From Coleofasciculus chthonoplastes F2-STO-03 (GTDB lineage: Bacteria > Cyanobacteriota > Cyanobacteriia > Cyanobacteriales > Coleofasciculaceae), in assembly GCA_040222015.1 (NCBI GenBank), contig JAVJWO010000111.1:1-51074 (forward strand): DNA of 51,074 bases, in the 5' to 3' direction. The position numbers and the translations under genes were made by a program. This document shows positions 39,359-50,336 of this stretch, piece by piece. Each line of letters opens with the position of its first letter. Position 1 is the stretch's first letter. The notes under the pieces are model-generated. The model was not told the DNA's origin. It was given only the letters and a program-made list of their open reading frames with translations, and made no database searches.

Positions 39359-40084
39359 CTAGAGCGTTCCGGCACTGGGCATTAGAGTCAGGGAATCGAT
39401 AACAGCCGCTTGGGGCATTAAAGCGGTATGTAGAATAGATTGGGCAACGATTTCGGGGGTTAACATGGCTGACCGATTCAAGTCGGCTTTTACCGTGTCT
39501 GTATCCCAGATTGGCGTATTCACAGCCCCCGGACATACCGTCACCACCCGGATACCATTGTCGCGTTCTTCATCGGCTAGGGTTTTAGATAGGGCAATCA
39601 ACCCCGCTTTGCTGACGCTATAAGCACCCCAACCAGGAAACGGTTGTTGACCGGCAATGGATGCCACATTAATAATTGTGCCGTGTTGTTGCTGGCGCAT
39701 CGTGGGTAACACACCAAGAATGCATTGCCATACGCTGGTCAGATTGAGATCCATGACCTGCTGCCAGTCGGCTAATGGGGTTTCCGTCAGGGTTCCGGTA
39801 TAACCTATACCCGCATTGTTAACCAAAATATCCAGGGAGACAAATTCAGCCGCGATCGCTTCGATTTTAGTTTTCACCTGATCGAGTTGATTGAGATCAA
39901 GGAGATAGGATTGAGCATTGACTCCAGCTTCTCGGGCGGCGGTGGCTACTGCCTCTAATTTGTCCTGGGAACGACTGACTAATGCCAGATCAATTCCGGC
40001 TTGGGCAAAGGCTAAAGCCGTAGCTTTGCCGATACCACTACTTGCGCCAGTAATCAAGGCACGTTTTTTAACGGAAGAAGTCAT
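39359..40084 (-). CDS. Short-chain dehydrogenase/reductase
   Basis: [18 protein letters not shown] and PGAVNT. Confidence 0.93.
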   Translation of the reverse strand: MTSSVKKRALITGASSGIGKATALAFAQAGIDLALVSRSQDKLEAVATAAREAGVNAQSYLLDLNQLDQVKTKIEAIAAEFVSLDILVNNAGIGYTGTLTETPLADWQQVMDLNLTSVWQCILGVLPTMRQQQHGTIINVASIAGQQPFPGWGAYSVSKAGLIALSKTLADEERDNGIRVVTVCPGAVNTPIWDTDTVKADLNRSAMLTPEIVAQSILHTALMPQAAVIDSLTLMPSAGTL

Positions 40085-40285
40085 AAAATTTCCAACTGAG
40101 ATGCGGCAAGGGTTCCCCGATTAACTCATCGAAAATTGGGTTGGTAGGGGGACGAATGGCTAGGATGACACTTGGATCAAGCTAGGGTTGACTTGCCGAT
40201 GGATTAACGTCCTGACGCTAAGTTGTGAAGAATTGTTACAGATCTGATTATACGACTATCTGGGTTCCATTGACAAAAGGGCAGA

Positions 40286-40324
40286 AGTGGGAAGGATAAT
40301 TCAGCCCTTATCCTTCTTACTTCA
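40286..40324. terminator. Hairpin downstream of accA (terminator or mRNA-stabilising stem)
   Basis: GAAGTGGGAAGGATAA...TTATCCTTCTTACTTC inverted repeat. Confidence 0.45.
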
Positions 40325-40370
40325 GTTGTATGCCAAATTCCCCTTAATTATTGTAGCGCTCAAACCATCT

Positions 40371-41348
40371 TCAAGCATGTAGCTCAGTAAAAACCCCAAT
40401 ATGGCGAAACTTCTGATAGCGTAACTCCCGACGTTCCTTGGGACTCAACCGAGATAAATCTTCCAGATTTTGCCGGAGGGCGGCTTTAAGCGTTGCCGCA
40501 GCGGTTAAGGGGTCAGAATGAGCGCTGCCTAAGGGTTCTGGCACTAATTGATCCAAAATTCCTAAATCTTTCAGATCCCAGGCAGTTATCCGCAGCGCCG
40601 CTGCGGCTTGGGGGGCTTTTGCCGCATCTTTCCAGAGAATAGCGGCACAGGCTTCGGGAGTAGCAACCGTATAAACGGCTTGTTCCAGCATGAGAATGCG
40701 ATCGCCTACACCAATCCCCAAAGCACCACCCGATCCGCCTTCGCCAATCACCGTACAGATAATCGGCACATCCAGGCGAAACATTTCCCGCAGATTATAG
40801 GCGATCGCTTCCCCCTGACCTAATTTTTCCGCTTCAACACCTGCCCAAGCCCCTGGCGTATCAATAAACGTTAAAATCGGCATCCCGAAGCGGTTAGCAT
40901 GTTCCATCAGCCGCATCGCCTTACGGTAGCCACCGGGCGACGCCATGCCAAAGTTCCGCGCCACATTATCTTTGGTATCCCGTCCCTTTTGATGCCCTAA
41001 CATCACCACCGGACGTCCCCCTAAGCGCCCAATCCCACCGACTAATGCCGGGTCATCACCGCCGCTGCGATCGCCGTGTAATTCCATCCATTCATCACTA
41101 ATCGCCTGAATATAATCCAGCGTACTCGGACGCCGGGGATGACGGGCTAACTGAAGCCGTTGGGCTGGCGATAAACTACTAAAAATTTCTTGACGTAGTT
41201 GTACCGCCCGTGCTTCTAGCTGACGAATTTGGTCAGAGACATCGACATTGTTTTCCTGGGCGAGTTCGCGAATTTGGTTAATTCGGGTCTCTAATTCATA
41301 AAGGGGCTTCTCAAAGTCCAGCAGAAAAATCCGGTTTGCAGTGGTCAT
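40371..41348 (-). CDS. accA: Acetyl-CoA carboxylase carboxyltransferase alpha subunit
   Basis: [34 protein letters not shown] and [10 protein letters not shown]. Confidence 0.98.
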   Translation of the reverse strand: MTTANRIFLLDFEKPLYELETRINQIRELAQENNVDVSDQIRQLEARAVQLRQEIFSSLSPAQRLQLARHPRRPSTLDYIQAISDEWMELHGDRSGGDDPALVGGIGRLGGRPVVMLGHQKGRDTKDNVARNFGMASPGGYRKAMRLMEHANRFGMPILTFIDTPGAWAGVEAEKLGQGEAIAYNLREMFRLDVPIICTVIGEGGSGGALGIGVGDRILMLEQAVYTVATPEACAAILWKDAAKAPQAAAALRITAWDLKDLGILDQLVPEPLGSAHSDPLTAAATLKAALRQNLEDLSRLSPKERRELRYQKFRHIGVFTELHA

Positions 41349-41367
41349 GGGTCAGTCGTTTTATCCC

Positions 41368-42390
41368 TTAAACGTTCAGCAGCGGTCTAAATCCATGTTT
41401 AATTGACACCTGTCCAATTTTTTCCATCTTTTCTACCGTAATCTGATTCCGTCCCCAGGAAAAGTTGGTATACCAATGTTCAAATTCTAAGAGCATCGAC
41501 TCCGCAAAGCAGGCAAATAGCTGGCGTCCTGGATCTTTCATTTCCACGATTTGCATAATTTTCCAGTCGATGTCCAATGAATGCTCGACAATCCCCCCAT
41601 TGAGAACATAAATGTCAGGATGTTGTAACTTGGTGGCTAAATTCTTGGGATACCCCCCATCAATCAGCAAACAGGGCTTCTTTAACGCCGAGGCATCAAT
41701 GTCAATGCCCTTGGACATACTCGCCACCCAGACAATAATATCCGCTTGAGGTAGCGCCTCCTCCAATGCCATGATTTTGCCGCGCCCTAATTGGTCTTGT
41801 AAAGCTAGCAATCGTTCCTGGTTACGGGCAGTTAAGAGAATCTCAGCGACATCGGTGCGGGTATTGAGCCAACGACAAACGGCACTGCCAATATCGCCTG
41901 TTGCTCCACAAACTGCCACGGTAGCTTTTGACAGGTCAATGCCCAGCTTTTTCGCCCCTTGTTCGACTTGGGCGCACAGGATGTACGCTGTGTGGGTGTT
42001 ACCTGTGGTGAAGCGCTCAAACTCTAACTTGATATTGCGAACCTGGCTTTTCTCATATAAGTGGAATTCTTCAAAAATAATTGACGAAAATCCACCTAAT
42101 GCGGTGATATCAATGCCGTTTTTTTGGGCATGAGCCATCGCGTTGAGAACTTTACGGATAGCGGCTTTGATGCGGCGCGTGGCTAGCATCTCTGGCAAAA
42201 AGCACGATTCCACATAGCGTCCTTCTATCGTCTCCCCGGTTAGGCTAGTCACCTTAATGGTGTCCACGATTTGGGGAGGGGCGCTGCACCAAAAATCTAA
42301 CCCTTGGTCAGCATATTCTGGGTAGCCTAGATCTCTGGCGACGGCTTGGGCGTGTTGCAAACTGGTGAGGTGACCGATAAGACCAAACAT
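41368..42390 (-). CDS. aar: Long-chain acyl-ACP reductase (alkane biosynthesis)
   Basis: [41 protein letters not shown] and FACFAE..NFSWGRN. Confidence 0.97.
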   Translation of the reverse strand: MFGLIGHLTSLQHAQAVARDLGYPEYADQGLDFWCSAPPQIVDTIKVTSLTGETIEGRYVESCFLPEMLATRRIKAAIRKVLNAMAHAQKNGIDITALGGFSSIIFEEFHLYEKSQVRNIKLEFERFTTGNTHTAYILCAQVEQGAKKLGIDLSKATVAVCGATGDIGSAVCRWLNTRTDVAEILLTARNQERLLALQDQLGRGKIMALEEALPQADIIVWVASMSKGIDIDASALKKPCLLIDGGYPKNLATKLQHPDIYVLNGGIVEHSLDIDWKIMQIVEMKDPGRQLFACFAESMLLEFEHWYTNFSWGRNQITVEKMEKIGQVSIKHGFRPLLNV

Positions 42391-42610
42391 TTACTGCTCG
42401 CTGGTAAGGCTGTTAATCAGGGGAAAATGGGAAATTAGGCTAAGAATTTGTTAAGGACATTTAAAAATATTATCAGGAAGATAGGGAAGATGGGGGTGAT
42501 GGTTTAAGTTTTGACCCTTCGCTTTGCTTGAGGGCATGGCGCGTGATGTTTTTAGGGGCGGGTTTCACTACTATCGTTTCTTGCCTCACCCGGATGTGAC
42601 TAAACTGAGG

Positions 42611-42640
42611 TGTAGAGACGCGCCATGGCGCGTCTCTACA
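42611..42640. repeat. Perfect 30-bp palindrome TGTAGAGACGCGCCATGGCGCGTCTCTACA (REP-like)
   Basis: Read directly. Lies between ado and aar. Confidence 0.92.
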
Positions 42641-42664
42641 TTCGACGATTACATCTAGGTTGAT

Positions 42665-43360
42665 CTAGGCTGCTGTCAATCCGTAGGCGGACATCCGCAT
42701 GATGTCACGGGTGGTAAAGCCGATATTGCTGAGGGCTTCACCGTAGGCGATCATGAAGTCTTCTACGAGAGCATCTTTTTCCATTCCCAGGATATGAGCA
42801 TCCTTCTCTACTTGGTTGAGCATACGCCAAACCAGGGGCAAGTTTTGCTTATTGGCTTGTTCGAGTTCGGTTTTCGAGGCTTCAAAGTTCTCCTTGAGCC
42901 ACTCTTCGCCAAAATTCAGGTGGGTGTACTCGTCTTTGACCACACCTTCGGTGATTTTGCGGGCAAAGGGATCAGCGACGGGAATGTAAATGTTATAGGC
43001 AGCGATCGCGAAACATTCAATAATCAGCGATTGAATCAGCAAGCAGGTGACGATATTACCTGAGGCGGCGGCGGTTTGGAAGTTTTGGTGTAAATTGCTG
43101 AAATACTCCTTGGCAAACTCCATATCCGCTGTGACACTCAAGTTTCGACCACAGGCTTGAAACCCCTTCTTATGGCGGTTTTCCATCTTTGCTAGGCTGG
43201 TTAGCTCATTCTTTTGGTCGGGTAGCAGTTCAGCCAGTTGGATGTAATTCTCTTGAGCTTCTTGTTCCCCTTCGATCACGATCGCGTTGATGCGGCTATA
43301 GGCATCCTTGTATGTTTCACTGTTGAAATCTAGCTCTTGAGTGACTGTAAGCTGCTGCAT
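42665..43360 (-). CDS. ado: Aldehyde-deformylating oxygenase
   Basis: [33 protein letters not shown] and KDEYTH diiron motifs. The start may be 43384. Confidence 0.97.
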   Translation of the reverse strand: MQQLTVTQELDFNSETYKDAYSRINAIVIEGEQEAQENYIQLAELLPDQKNELTSLAKMENRHKKGFQACGRNLSVTADMEFAKEYFSNLHQNFQTAAASGNIVTCLLIQSLIIECFAIAAYNIYIPVADPFARKITEGVVKDEYTHLNFGEEWLKENFEASKTELEQANKQNLPLVWRMLNQVEKDAHILGMEKDALVEDFMIAYGEALSNIGFTTRDIMRMSAYGLTAA

Positions 43361-43592
43361 CAGTAGATTTTCTCCTGTTTGCATGAGTAGACGTGTTTCA
43401 AAAAAGCTTTGAACCTAATCCTAGACCGTTGGCTCAAAACCGCTATATCAAACTTAACCCATCAATGATATATGGTGAGAGGTATTGCCCAATAGTGCTT
43501 TAGACAGAAAATTTTTCCCTCAATCATCAGTATTCACTTATTAAAAGCATAGGATTAAACAAAGATAAATGTCTAAATGGCTACAGATTGTA

Positions 43593-43660
43593 TTGTCATT
43601 TGTCATTTGTCCTTTGCTACCTCTGCTCCCTCTGCTCCCCCTGCTCCCTCTGCTCCCCCC
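43593..43660. repeat. Short tandem repeats (TGTCATT heptamers, CCTCTGCTC nonamers)
   Basis: Read directly downstream of the SLT gene. Confidence 0.8.
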
Positions 43661-43667
43661 CGCGCCA

Positions 43668-46037
43668 TTATCGACGCATTGCCGTAGACTGACTCTGAGA
43701 ATGTTGGGCAACTTGCTGGGCAACATTGGGATCATACAACCGTAAATAATTCCAATAGTTCCCAAACACCTGCTTCACATAATCTCTAGTTTCATCAAAA
43801 GGAATGGATTCAACAAACTCATCCGGATCGCCAGGGCTTTGTTGTTGCAGCCATTTTGATAAATTTCCTTGACCGGCATTGTAACTGGCGATCGCGAGTA
43901 AGGAGTTGTCGTTATAAGACTGGTGAACTTCTCGCAGAAACCAGGTTCCCAATTTAATGTTATCGTCCGGATTTTCCAGAGAATAATCCTCCACATCAAT
44001 ACTTTCTGCCGCCCACTCCCCCGTACTGGGCATCATTTGCATTAAACCGACAGCACCAGCACCGGAACGAATATCAGGTTCAAAGCGAGATTCTTGGCGA
44101 ATCAGGGCAGTCACCAATAGAGGATTGAGTTGACGCTTTTGGGAATAGGTGGCGATCTTATCTGAGAAAGGAAAGGGATAGAGTGCTTGCCAGTAGGTGA
44201 ATTTTTCCCGTAAGTCTTGGTACTGCGCTTGTTCTTTGGGGGTATCCCGATCTTCTAAGCTGGCAATAGTAGAAATGCCGCTCAAGTAATCTCCGATTGC
44301 CAACTGCACCAAGCCATCGGTAAACTGTTCAGCGACGGTGGGTTCGAGGCGATTTTGGAATTCGGCTTTCCAAAGTATCCAAGCCTCTTGGTTTTGACCC
44401 AGTAAATAAAGTTCCTTGAGGGCGGCTGAACCCACCGGTAACAGGGGTCGGGTTTTCGGCAGCACCAGTTTCGGATCAAGTTGACGGACGGTTTTAAAGT
44501 CGCCCACATCCCAACCCAGCTGCACGGCAGAGCGCCACGCATAGTAAGACTGGGGGTGGTTGGTAATCACCTGCTCGAATGCGGCTTGGGCATCCTGTCG
44601 GCGTCCCAATTCCCTTGCCCATTTGCCCACCCAAAAGCCCGCCTGACGTGCTAGGAACCGATGGGGATTTTCCATGGTAATCGGTTTTGCCCATTCCCAA
44701 GCTGCCTCAACATTGCCCGATTTCGCGTGCGATCGCGCCACTTGCCAACGGTAGGCGGCGGCGGCGTCGGATTCGCCATACTCATCAATCAATTGTTTTC
44801 GGGCTTCCTCGGCGGCTTGATAACTCCCTAGGCGTTCCAGAGTTTCAGCTTTAACCAAAAGGGCTTCCCCGGCGCGTTCGGGGAAGCGTTCAATCACTTT
44901 GTCTAGATAGGGAACTGCCTCAATATCCGGTTGCAGTTGCGCCAGTTCAATCAGGGCAGCGGGTGTTTCCTCGGCGTCGGGAAAATCACTCACCATCTGT
45001 TTGTATGCCTGTTTAGCGTCCGCATACTTCTGGGCAAATTTGAGGGCTCTGGCGACTAAATAGGCATTATCGGAAGTCTTGGCAGCTTTGGCATAAGCGG
45101 CGCTGGCTTGACCATATTTCCGATCTCGCCAGTAACCCACCGCGATCGCTTGCCAATCCTCTGGTTTAATTAGAGGTTGATCATCGGAGTCAACCGCCCT
45201 ACCGTAGTTTCCCACCAATTGGTCTAAGAACGGTGTCACATCTGGAGTCACCTCTGGGGTATCAAAGGCATATCGAGCCAACAGCAGCATCAACTCAGGC
45301 TGATCGGGATTCTCTTGGAGGCGCTCTCCTGCTAACTCCAGAATCAACGGATGAGATGGATAGTTAGCGACGGCTTTCTGCCAGTATTTGGGATCGTCAA
45401 CAGGCGGTTCATACATCTGCTGGATTTTCTCTTGCCAACTCGGATTGGCGGACAATGATTTGATCTCGTCTTCCTGATACTGAGACTCCTGGGAGAAAAG
45501 AGCATAAAGCGCATCAGCCGCAACGGGCTGATCCGCGTAACGTTGCAGCAGATTTTGCCATTCTGTGAGGGCTTTGGTTTTCTCACCCATCTGTTCGTAA
45601 GCTTGGGCGCGTTTAACCGCGATATAGCCACCCAGGACAGGATAATCTGACTCCAATCCCTCTAACCAACGCAGCGCCTCCTTGCCCTTGTCTTGTGCAA
45701 TTAAATCCGCTGCCAAAAGATAACGCGCACGAGACTTATCAATGGAATTTTTTCCTTGCGCGATCGCCTCAAGTTTGGCTTTTCGCTGGTTCGCTGGTAA
45801 AGACGCGAGTCGCAAAACCGCCGTGTCGCTCTGTTTTTCTGGGTTAAAGGAATTATGCTGCACAAATGGCAGCCGGATGGTCAATTGACCCAGCCCCCTG
45901 GTATACTTACCCCCGATCAGCGTTCCTCCCCAAATTAGACCAGCGAGTCCGACTCCAGCAACTAGAGCGATTTGTCGTCTTCGTTGTCTACGCCTTGAAC
46001 GGCTGTGGGGGGCGAAAATCTCGCGTCTTTTATTCAT
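43668..46037 (-). CDS. Soluble lytic transglycosylase with TPR repeats
   Basis: N-terminal TM, TPR-like helices, ALIRQESRF, AVGLMQ, ASYNAG and IPFDETRDYVKQV. Confidence 0.93.
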   Translation of the reverse strand: MNKRREIFAPHSRSRRRQRRRQIALVAGVGLAGLIWGGTLIGGKYTRGLGQLTIRLPFVQHNSFNPEKQSDTAVLRLASLPANQRKAKLEAIAQGKNSIDKSRARYLLAADLIAQDKGKEALRWLEGLESDYPVLGGYIAVKRAQAYEQMGEKTKALTEWQNLLQRYADQPVAADALYALFSQESQYQEDEIKSLSANPSWQEKIQQMYEPPVDDPKYWQKAVANYPSHPLILELAGERLQENPDQPELMLLLARYAFDTPEVTPDVTPFLDQLVGNYGRAVDSDDQPLIKPEDWQAIAVGYWRDRKYGQASAAYAKAAKTSDNAYLVARALKFAQKYADAKQAYKQMVSDFPDAEETPAALIELAQLQPDIEAVPYLDKVIERFPERAGEALLVKAETLERLGSYQAAEEARKQLIDEYGESDAAAAYRWQVARSHAKSGNVEAAWEWAKPITMENPHRFLARQAGFWVGKWARELGRRQDAQAAFEQVITNHPQSYYAWRSAVQLGWDVGDFKTVRQLDPKLVLPKTRPLLPVGSAALKELYLLGQNQEAWILWKAEFQNRLEPTVAEQFTDGLVQLAIGDYLSGISTIASLEDRDTPKEQAQYQDLREKFTYWQALYPFPFSDKIATYSQKRQLNPLLVTALIRQESRFEPDIRSGAGAVGLMQMMPSTGEWAAESIDVEDYSLENPDDNIKLGTWFLREVHQSYNDNSLLAIASYNAGQGNLSKWLQQQSPGDPDEFVESIPFDETRDYVKQVFGNYWNYLRLYDPNVAQQVAQHSQSQSTAMRR

Positions 46038-46312
46038 AGAACCTCCTGGTGACGCACATCTATCTTAGATCCGTTTAAACTCATCCCCCGCCAAATCAGG
46101 GGGATTTCCAATTCAGGGTTCATGGCTAACTCACAATTAATTAACGATGATTCTGAACTCGGCGGTAAGTTGTTTTCCCTCCCTCCAAAAGAAGGTGGGC
46201 TTCCCGCCGCTTTTGGTAAAGATCGGCAGAACACGATGGCATTGCCCAGTTTGATTGTACGTTTATCTCTGGTTAAGGTGGGAAAGTTTCCCGAACCGTT
46301 TCTGGATAGGGG

Positions 46313-47557
46313 TTAGCGTTTCGGTCGTTTTTTCAGACCCAATCGTCGAACGATATACTGACGCTGCACCCGATCAAATTTGGTTTTCCTTGTGATCTTC
46401 CATTCTTCAATATAAGCGCCCACCAGACAAGCCCCAATTAGATCGGCACTATCTAAATTGGTGTTTTTTAGCGTCGCCCCCTTTAGGTTAGCCGACTGCA
46501 AATTGGCGTGGCTGAGATCGCTATTGATGAAACTCGCCGCGACTAAATTAGCCCCCCGCAGATTCGTTTCCGGTAAGCGAAGATTGTCAAAGTTTTCCTC
46601 TTGTCCTTCACCCGTCACCACTAATCGCCGAATTTTGGGGTGATCCAAATAGGTTGTTCCCACACGGGACAGTTCCAGTTTTTTGGCTTGAAACCAGCAA
46701 GTGCGCGTCACCTTGGCTTGTCTAAAATTGGTGCTTTTGAGCAGTGCTTGGGTGAAATCCGCGTCCGTTAAATCGGCACCCTGAAAATTTGTTCCCCCAA
46801 TCGCAGCAAAGGCAACCGCAACCCGACGAATCAAGGCGTAGTTTTTATCCCCGATTAAGGCTCGCCAGCTTACATAAGCAGAAAGTCCAGCCACACCCAC
46901 CGCCACAATCACCGCCACTGTTGCGGCACTGGTTGCTGCTACTACGGAGGCTCCCGCTGTAACCACAACCACTGAACCAGCGGCGGCGACGACACCAGCT
47001 CCGGCGGCGACGATGGCGACAGCACTAGCAGCAGCGATAGCTCCGGCGGCGGCTCCGGCTGCCACGACTGCCATACCAATTGCAGCAGCGACGGCGAAAG
47101 CACTGGCAGCTACTAAAGTTACCGCTACCGCTGTGGCTCCTGTCAGAACTGCCACCATTGCCGCCACCACAATTGCCACAACCCAAACTCCTAACGCCAT
47201 AATCAGCCCTTGGCGGATCGTCAGGCTGACAAAAACGCCCAAAGCGATTAGAATAAACGCACCCGCTAATATTTCGATCAGGTTCTGACTAATCAGCGCC
47301 GCTCCGGTGATTACACCCGCCAAGGCGGAAACAAAACCCGATAGGGTGGATAGAAATAGAGCAACCAGCAATAGAATCATTGCCCAGTGTTGCTGTAATC
47401 CAGCTTGGCAATAGCTAAAATTTGCCCCTGTTAGGATAGCATTGCTAAAATCTGCGCCTCGGATGTCGGCGTGGCTGAAATTAGCACCTGCCAAGTCAGT
47501 TCTGCCTCGAAACGAGCGACCTTGCAGATTTTGACCGGAGTAGTCCTGAGCCATCAT
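46313..47557 (-). CDS. Pentapeptide-repeat membrane protein
   Basis: A(D/N)(L/F)xx repeats flanking Ala/Val-rich TM segments. Confidence 0.88.
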   Translation of the reverse strand: MMAQDYSGQNLQGRSFRGRTDLAGANFSHADIRGADFSNAILTGANFSYCQAGLQQHWAMILLLVALFLSTLSGFVSALAGVITGAALISQNLIEILAGAFILIALGVFVSLTIRQGLIMALGVWVVAIVVAAMVAVLTGATAVAVTLVAASAFAVAAAIGMAVVAAGAAAGAIAAASAVAIVAAGAGVVAAAGSVVVVTAGASVVAATSAATVAVIVAVGVAGLSAYVSWRALIGDKNYALIRRVAVAFAAIGGTNFQGADLTDADFTQALLKSTNFRQAKVTRTCWFQAKKLELSRVGTTYLDHPKIRRLVVTGEGQEENFDNLRLPETNLRGANLVAASFINSDLSHANLQSANLKGATLKNTNLDSADLIGACLVGAYIEEWKITRKTKFDRVQRQYIVRRLGLKKRPKR

Positions 47558-47820
47558 AACCTCCGAATGGATGGGGCAACCATAAGACAACGGGCGTTGG
47601 TGGAATAGAAATTTGCATTCAGCAAGGTTTCGACTTGACCAACTCTTATGCTGTAGAATAAAACATTTAGTGGAACAATTGAACGAGAATAGCGACGGCT
47701 TATGCTTTTAGATTAGCCGCAAGATGGTATCAATCACAATGTTTTCTATGCTCTATTGCCTATTTTCTGTTCCCCGTTTTTCGTGATCAGCAATTTCTAA
47801 TTACAAGTCACCATTTATCA

Positions 47821-47985
47821 ATGAATCGTTCAAAAATTGTGGCAATTATTACTGGAGCCATTTCCATACTTCTGGCACTGGCATACCTTCTTCTGGTTCA
47901 GCTTTTGGACTTTCGCGGAGAAATGATTCCCGCCCCGGTAAGTCACTTACCACAGGGCGTTCAAGTGATGAATTATGAATTGTAA
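47821..47985 (+). CDS. 54-aa small membrane protein (not in the ORF track)
   Basis: MNRSKIVAIITGAISILLALAYLLLVQLLDFRGEMIPAP..., one TM, resembles a conserved cyanobacterial small protein. Confidence 0.75.
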   Translation: MNRSKIVAIITGAISILLALAYLLLVQLLDFRGEMIPAPVSHLPQGVQVMNYEL

Positions 47986-48019
47986 ATTATGAATTTTCTG
48001 TTCCCCGTATCCTGTTCTC

Positions 48020-48060
48020 TGACAAATGACAAATGACAAATGACAAATGACAAATGACAA
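48020..48060. repeat. STRR-type heptamer tandem repeat (TGACAAA) x~6
   Basis: Read directly. A degenerate complement array lies at about 29079-29135. Confidence 0.9.
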
Positions 48061-48062
48061 AC

Positions 48063-49613
48063 TTAATGTTCCCAGTCGTCCTGTTGAGAATCTCTTAAAT
48101 CTTTCACCTCTGAAGCATCTCTCAGGGGCATAACCACTCGTGCGATCGCGTCTTGGATAAATGCTTTCATAAATTCATCCTTACGGTTTAGCTGAAATTG
48201 CTGCTGCACAACTTCTGTTATCCCCCCATCGCCCCAGTCTTGATCATGACGGAAGTATTCAATAAAACTCTTCCCAGCAATTCGGATTAAATACGCCGCC
48301 GTTACCCCTTGAATCGCTTTGCCAACTAAATAGGTAGCGATGTGAAATTGTAGCGCCCTTGATAGAAGTTGTATCGCCCCTTGAACAATTCCCAAACTGG
48401 CTAAGGTTTTCCCCAGAGACAGCGCTAATTCTCTCCCCCGTTCCATATTCAGATCACAGCCGTAAATTCGACCAATTTCTACCACCATCTGGGCGTTAAC
48501 CGCCGCCGTTGCTAATAAATCGACGACAGGTAACGGCGTCACCGCAATCACCCCAGCGCCAATCCACTGAAACCGTTCCACCACTTTCTCCGCCTGTCGC
48601 CGCCGTTGCTGATCAATCAGACGACGGGCGTCTTCGCCTAAACGCTGAGACTGGAGTAAGATATTATCCGCAATCAAATCTTGCCCTTCAGCGCGTAGCA
48701 CCGCCGCCAGACGGCGGATTAAGGGTATGATGTCAGGGTCAGGTTGGACGTCTTCCCCATTGTCTAATCGTACAGATTGGGGATTGGCGGCAATGGCTAC
48801 CACATCTGATGCAGCAATAAAGCCACGTACCTGATGGCGTAACCGGGCTAGAATCGTTTCTTTATCCGTATCGGTATAGAGATCCACTTTATTGAGAACC
48901 AACAGCGATCGCTTACCAATATCAGCGAGACGACGTAACGGTTCATATTCCGACTGTCGCAAATCATTATCCACCACAAACACTAATAAATCGGCTTCCG
49001 TGGCAAGCTGTCGCGCCAGTTGTTCTCGTTGGGTACCCACCACACCCGCTTCTAAAATACCGGGTGTATCGGTAATCAAAATCTGTCGTTCTACTCCCTT
49101 CAACCTTAGCGTATACGTTTGTCCCTGATCCGTGGTTCCCATCGGTGCGCCCACTTGACCCACCATCTGCCCAATGAGAGCATTAATCAGAGAGGTTTTC
49201 CCCGATGAACCCGTGCCAAAGATGACAACCAACAGTTCCCCACGGGCTAACGTCGCCTCAATCTCACGCGATCGACTCAACAGGGCTTGCTGGGCTACCT
49301 CATCTTGAATTTTCTGCACCTGCTGTCGCACCGCTTTGAGGGTTTCAGAAGCCGCTTCTGATTTTTCCTGCGGTACTTTTGGCGTCGGGCGGCGTCGGCG
49401 AGAGGATTTGGGGCGGCTGAATGTCCAAACGTAGTAGACAAATGTGGCAATTAACAGGATCAGGAGGACAATCAGCAATAAAACCAGCAAATTTGCCAGT
49501 AGAGGCGAATTTAACGACCAATAGAGTCGATTAATCGAGTCAATCAGCCACAGGATTAGCCCCAGAATGATACTGAGACCGATAATGAGCGTCAGTAGGC
49601 GGGGTAGGGGCAT
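48063..49613 (-). CDS. Membrane-anchored Era-like GTPase with DUF697/YcjF-like C-terminus
   Basis: GTGSSGKTS, DTPG and NKVD, then VTPLPVVDLLATAAVNAQMV. Confidence 0.88.
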   Translation of the reverse strand: MPLPRLLTLIIGLSIILGLILWLIDSINRLYWSLNSPLLANLLVLLLIVLLILLIATFVYYVWTFSRPKSSRRRRPTPKVPQEKSEAASETLKAVRQQVQKIQDEVAQQALLSRSREIEATLARGELLVVIFGTGSSGKTSLINALIGQMVGQVGAPMGTTDQGQTYTLRLKGVERQILITDTPGILEAGVVGTQREQLARQLATEADLLVFVVDNDLRQSEYEPLRRLADIGKRSLLVLNKVDLYTDTDKETILARLRHQVRGFIAASDVVAIAANPQSVRLDNGEDVQPDPDIIPLIRRLAAVLRAEGQDLIADNILLQSQRLGEDARRLIDQQRRRQAEKVVERFQWIGAGVIAVTPLPVVDLLATAAVNAQMVVEIGRIYGCDLNMERGRELALSLGKTLASLGIVQGAIQLLSRALQFHIATYLVGKAIQGVTAAYLIRIAGKSFIEYFRHDQDWGDGGITEVVQQQFQLNRKDEFMKAFIQDAIARVVMPLRDASEVKDLRDSQQDDWEH

Positions 49614-49814
49614 AATGGTTTCAGAAGGCTCCAGGGCAGAGGGCAGACGGCAAAGGAGTGATAACTATAGTTTAGCGATGGGCGGAGAGTGTCAATGAGA
49701 GCTGGCAGCACGGGTAATAGATCCCACGTTACCGTGTGGTAAGCCAAGAGCAACGAACTATACTTAATGGATAATGCTGATCATTTAGAGACATTCTTTA
49801 CAGCCTAAAAAACG

Positions 49815-50336
49815 ATGAGTCTATTCAATCAAATTCTCGGTGCGATTAATAACCCCTCTCAGGAAGCTAGTTCTGGTCAATTAGCTGGCATTCTCAGTAC
49901 CGTGCAAAACCTCAGCCAAAGCGCCGAGGCTGACCCCTCTACGATTCAATCGGTTTTATCTATCGTTGGCAAATATGCCCGTCCCGCGTTGCAACAAAAG
50001 CGAGAAGCGGAAGGAGAACAGGAGACACAATCCTTTATTAACCAATTCAGTGGTACAGGTGCTAACAATCAAGCAGTCAACTTACTCTTTAATACACCAC
50101 AAATCCAACAGTTAGTAGAGGAAGCCGAACAACGGACAGGACTTAATGCGGCTACCATTCAATCCCTGTTACCCATGTTGGTTCCCTTGGTGCTGAACTT
50201 ACTTAAAACTGGAACCAATAACCAAAATCCTGAAGGATCGAATCCTGTGTTGAACTCATTCCTCGATACAGATGGTGACGGCGATGTGGATATTGCTGAT
50301 GCGATGCAAATGGCGTCTCGTTATCTGAATCCTTAG
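49815..50336 (+). CDS. DUF937-like protein
   Basis: MSLFNQILGAINNP..LLPMLVPLVLNLL..FLDTDGDGDVDIAD. Confidence 0.78.
   Translation: MSLFNQILGAINNPSQEASSGQLAGILSTVQNLSQSAEADPSTIQSVLSIVGKYARPALQQKREAEGEQETQSFINQFSGTGANNQAVNLLFNTPQIQQLVEEAEQRTGLNAATIQSLLPMLVPLVLNLLKTGTNNQNPEGSNPVLNSFLDTDGDGDVDIADAMQMASRYLNP

Noticed and set aside
39297..39536. Long N-terminal extension of folE in the ORF track
   Set aside because: It overlaps the SDR gene in another frame. The real start is most likely MTIAS at 39296.
38580..43360. ado-aar-accA-SDR-folE cluster as a novel pathway
   Set aside because: This is a well-known conserved cyanobacterial alkane-biosynthesis neighbourhood.
46880..47200. Ala/Val-rich low-complexity stretch as a novel repeat system
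   Set aside because: It is explained as the TM region typical of cyanobacterial pentapeptide membrane proteins.
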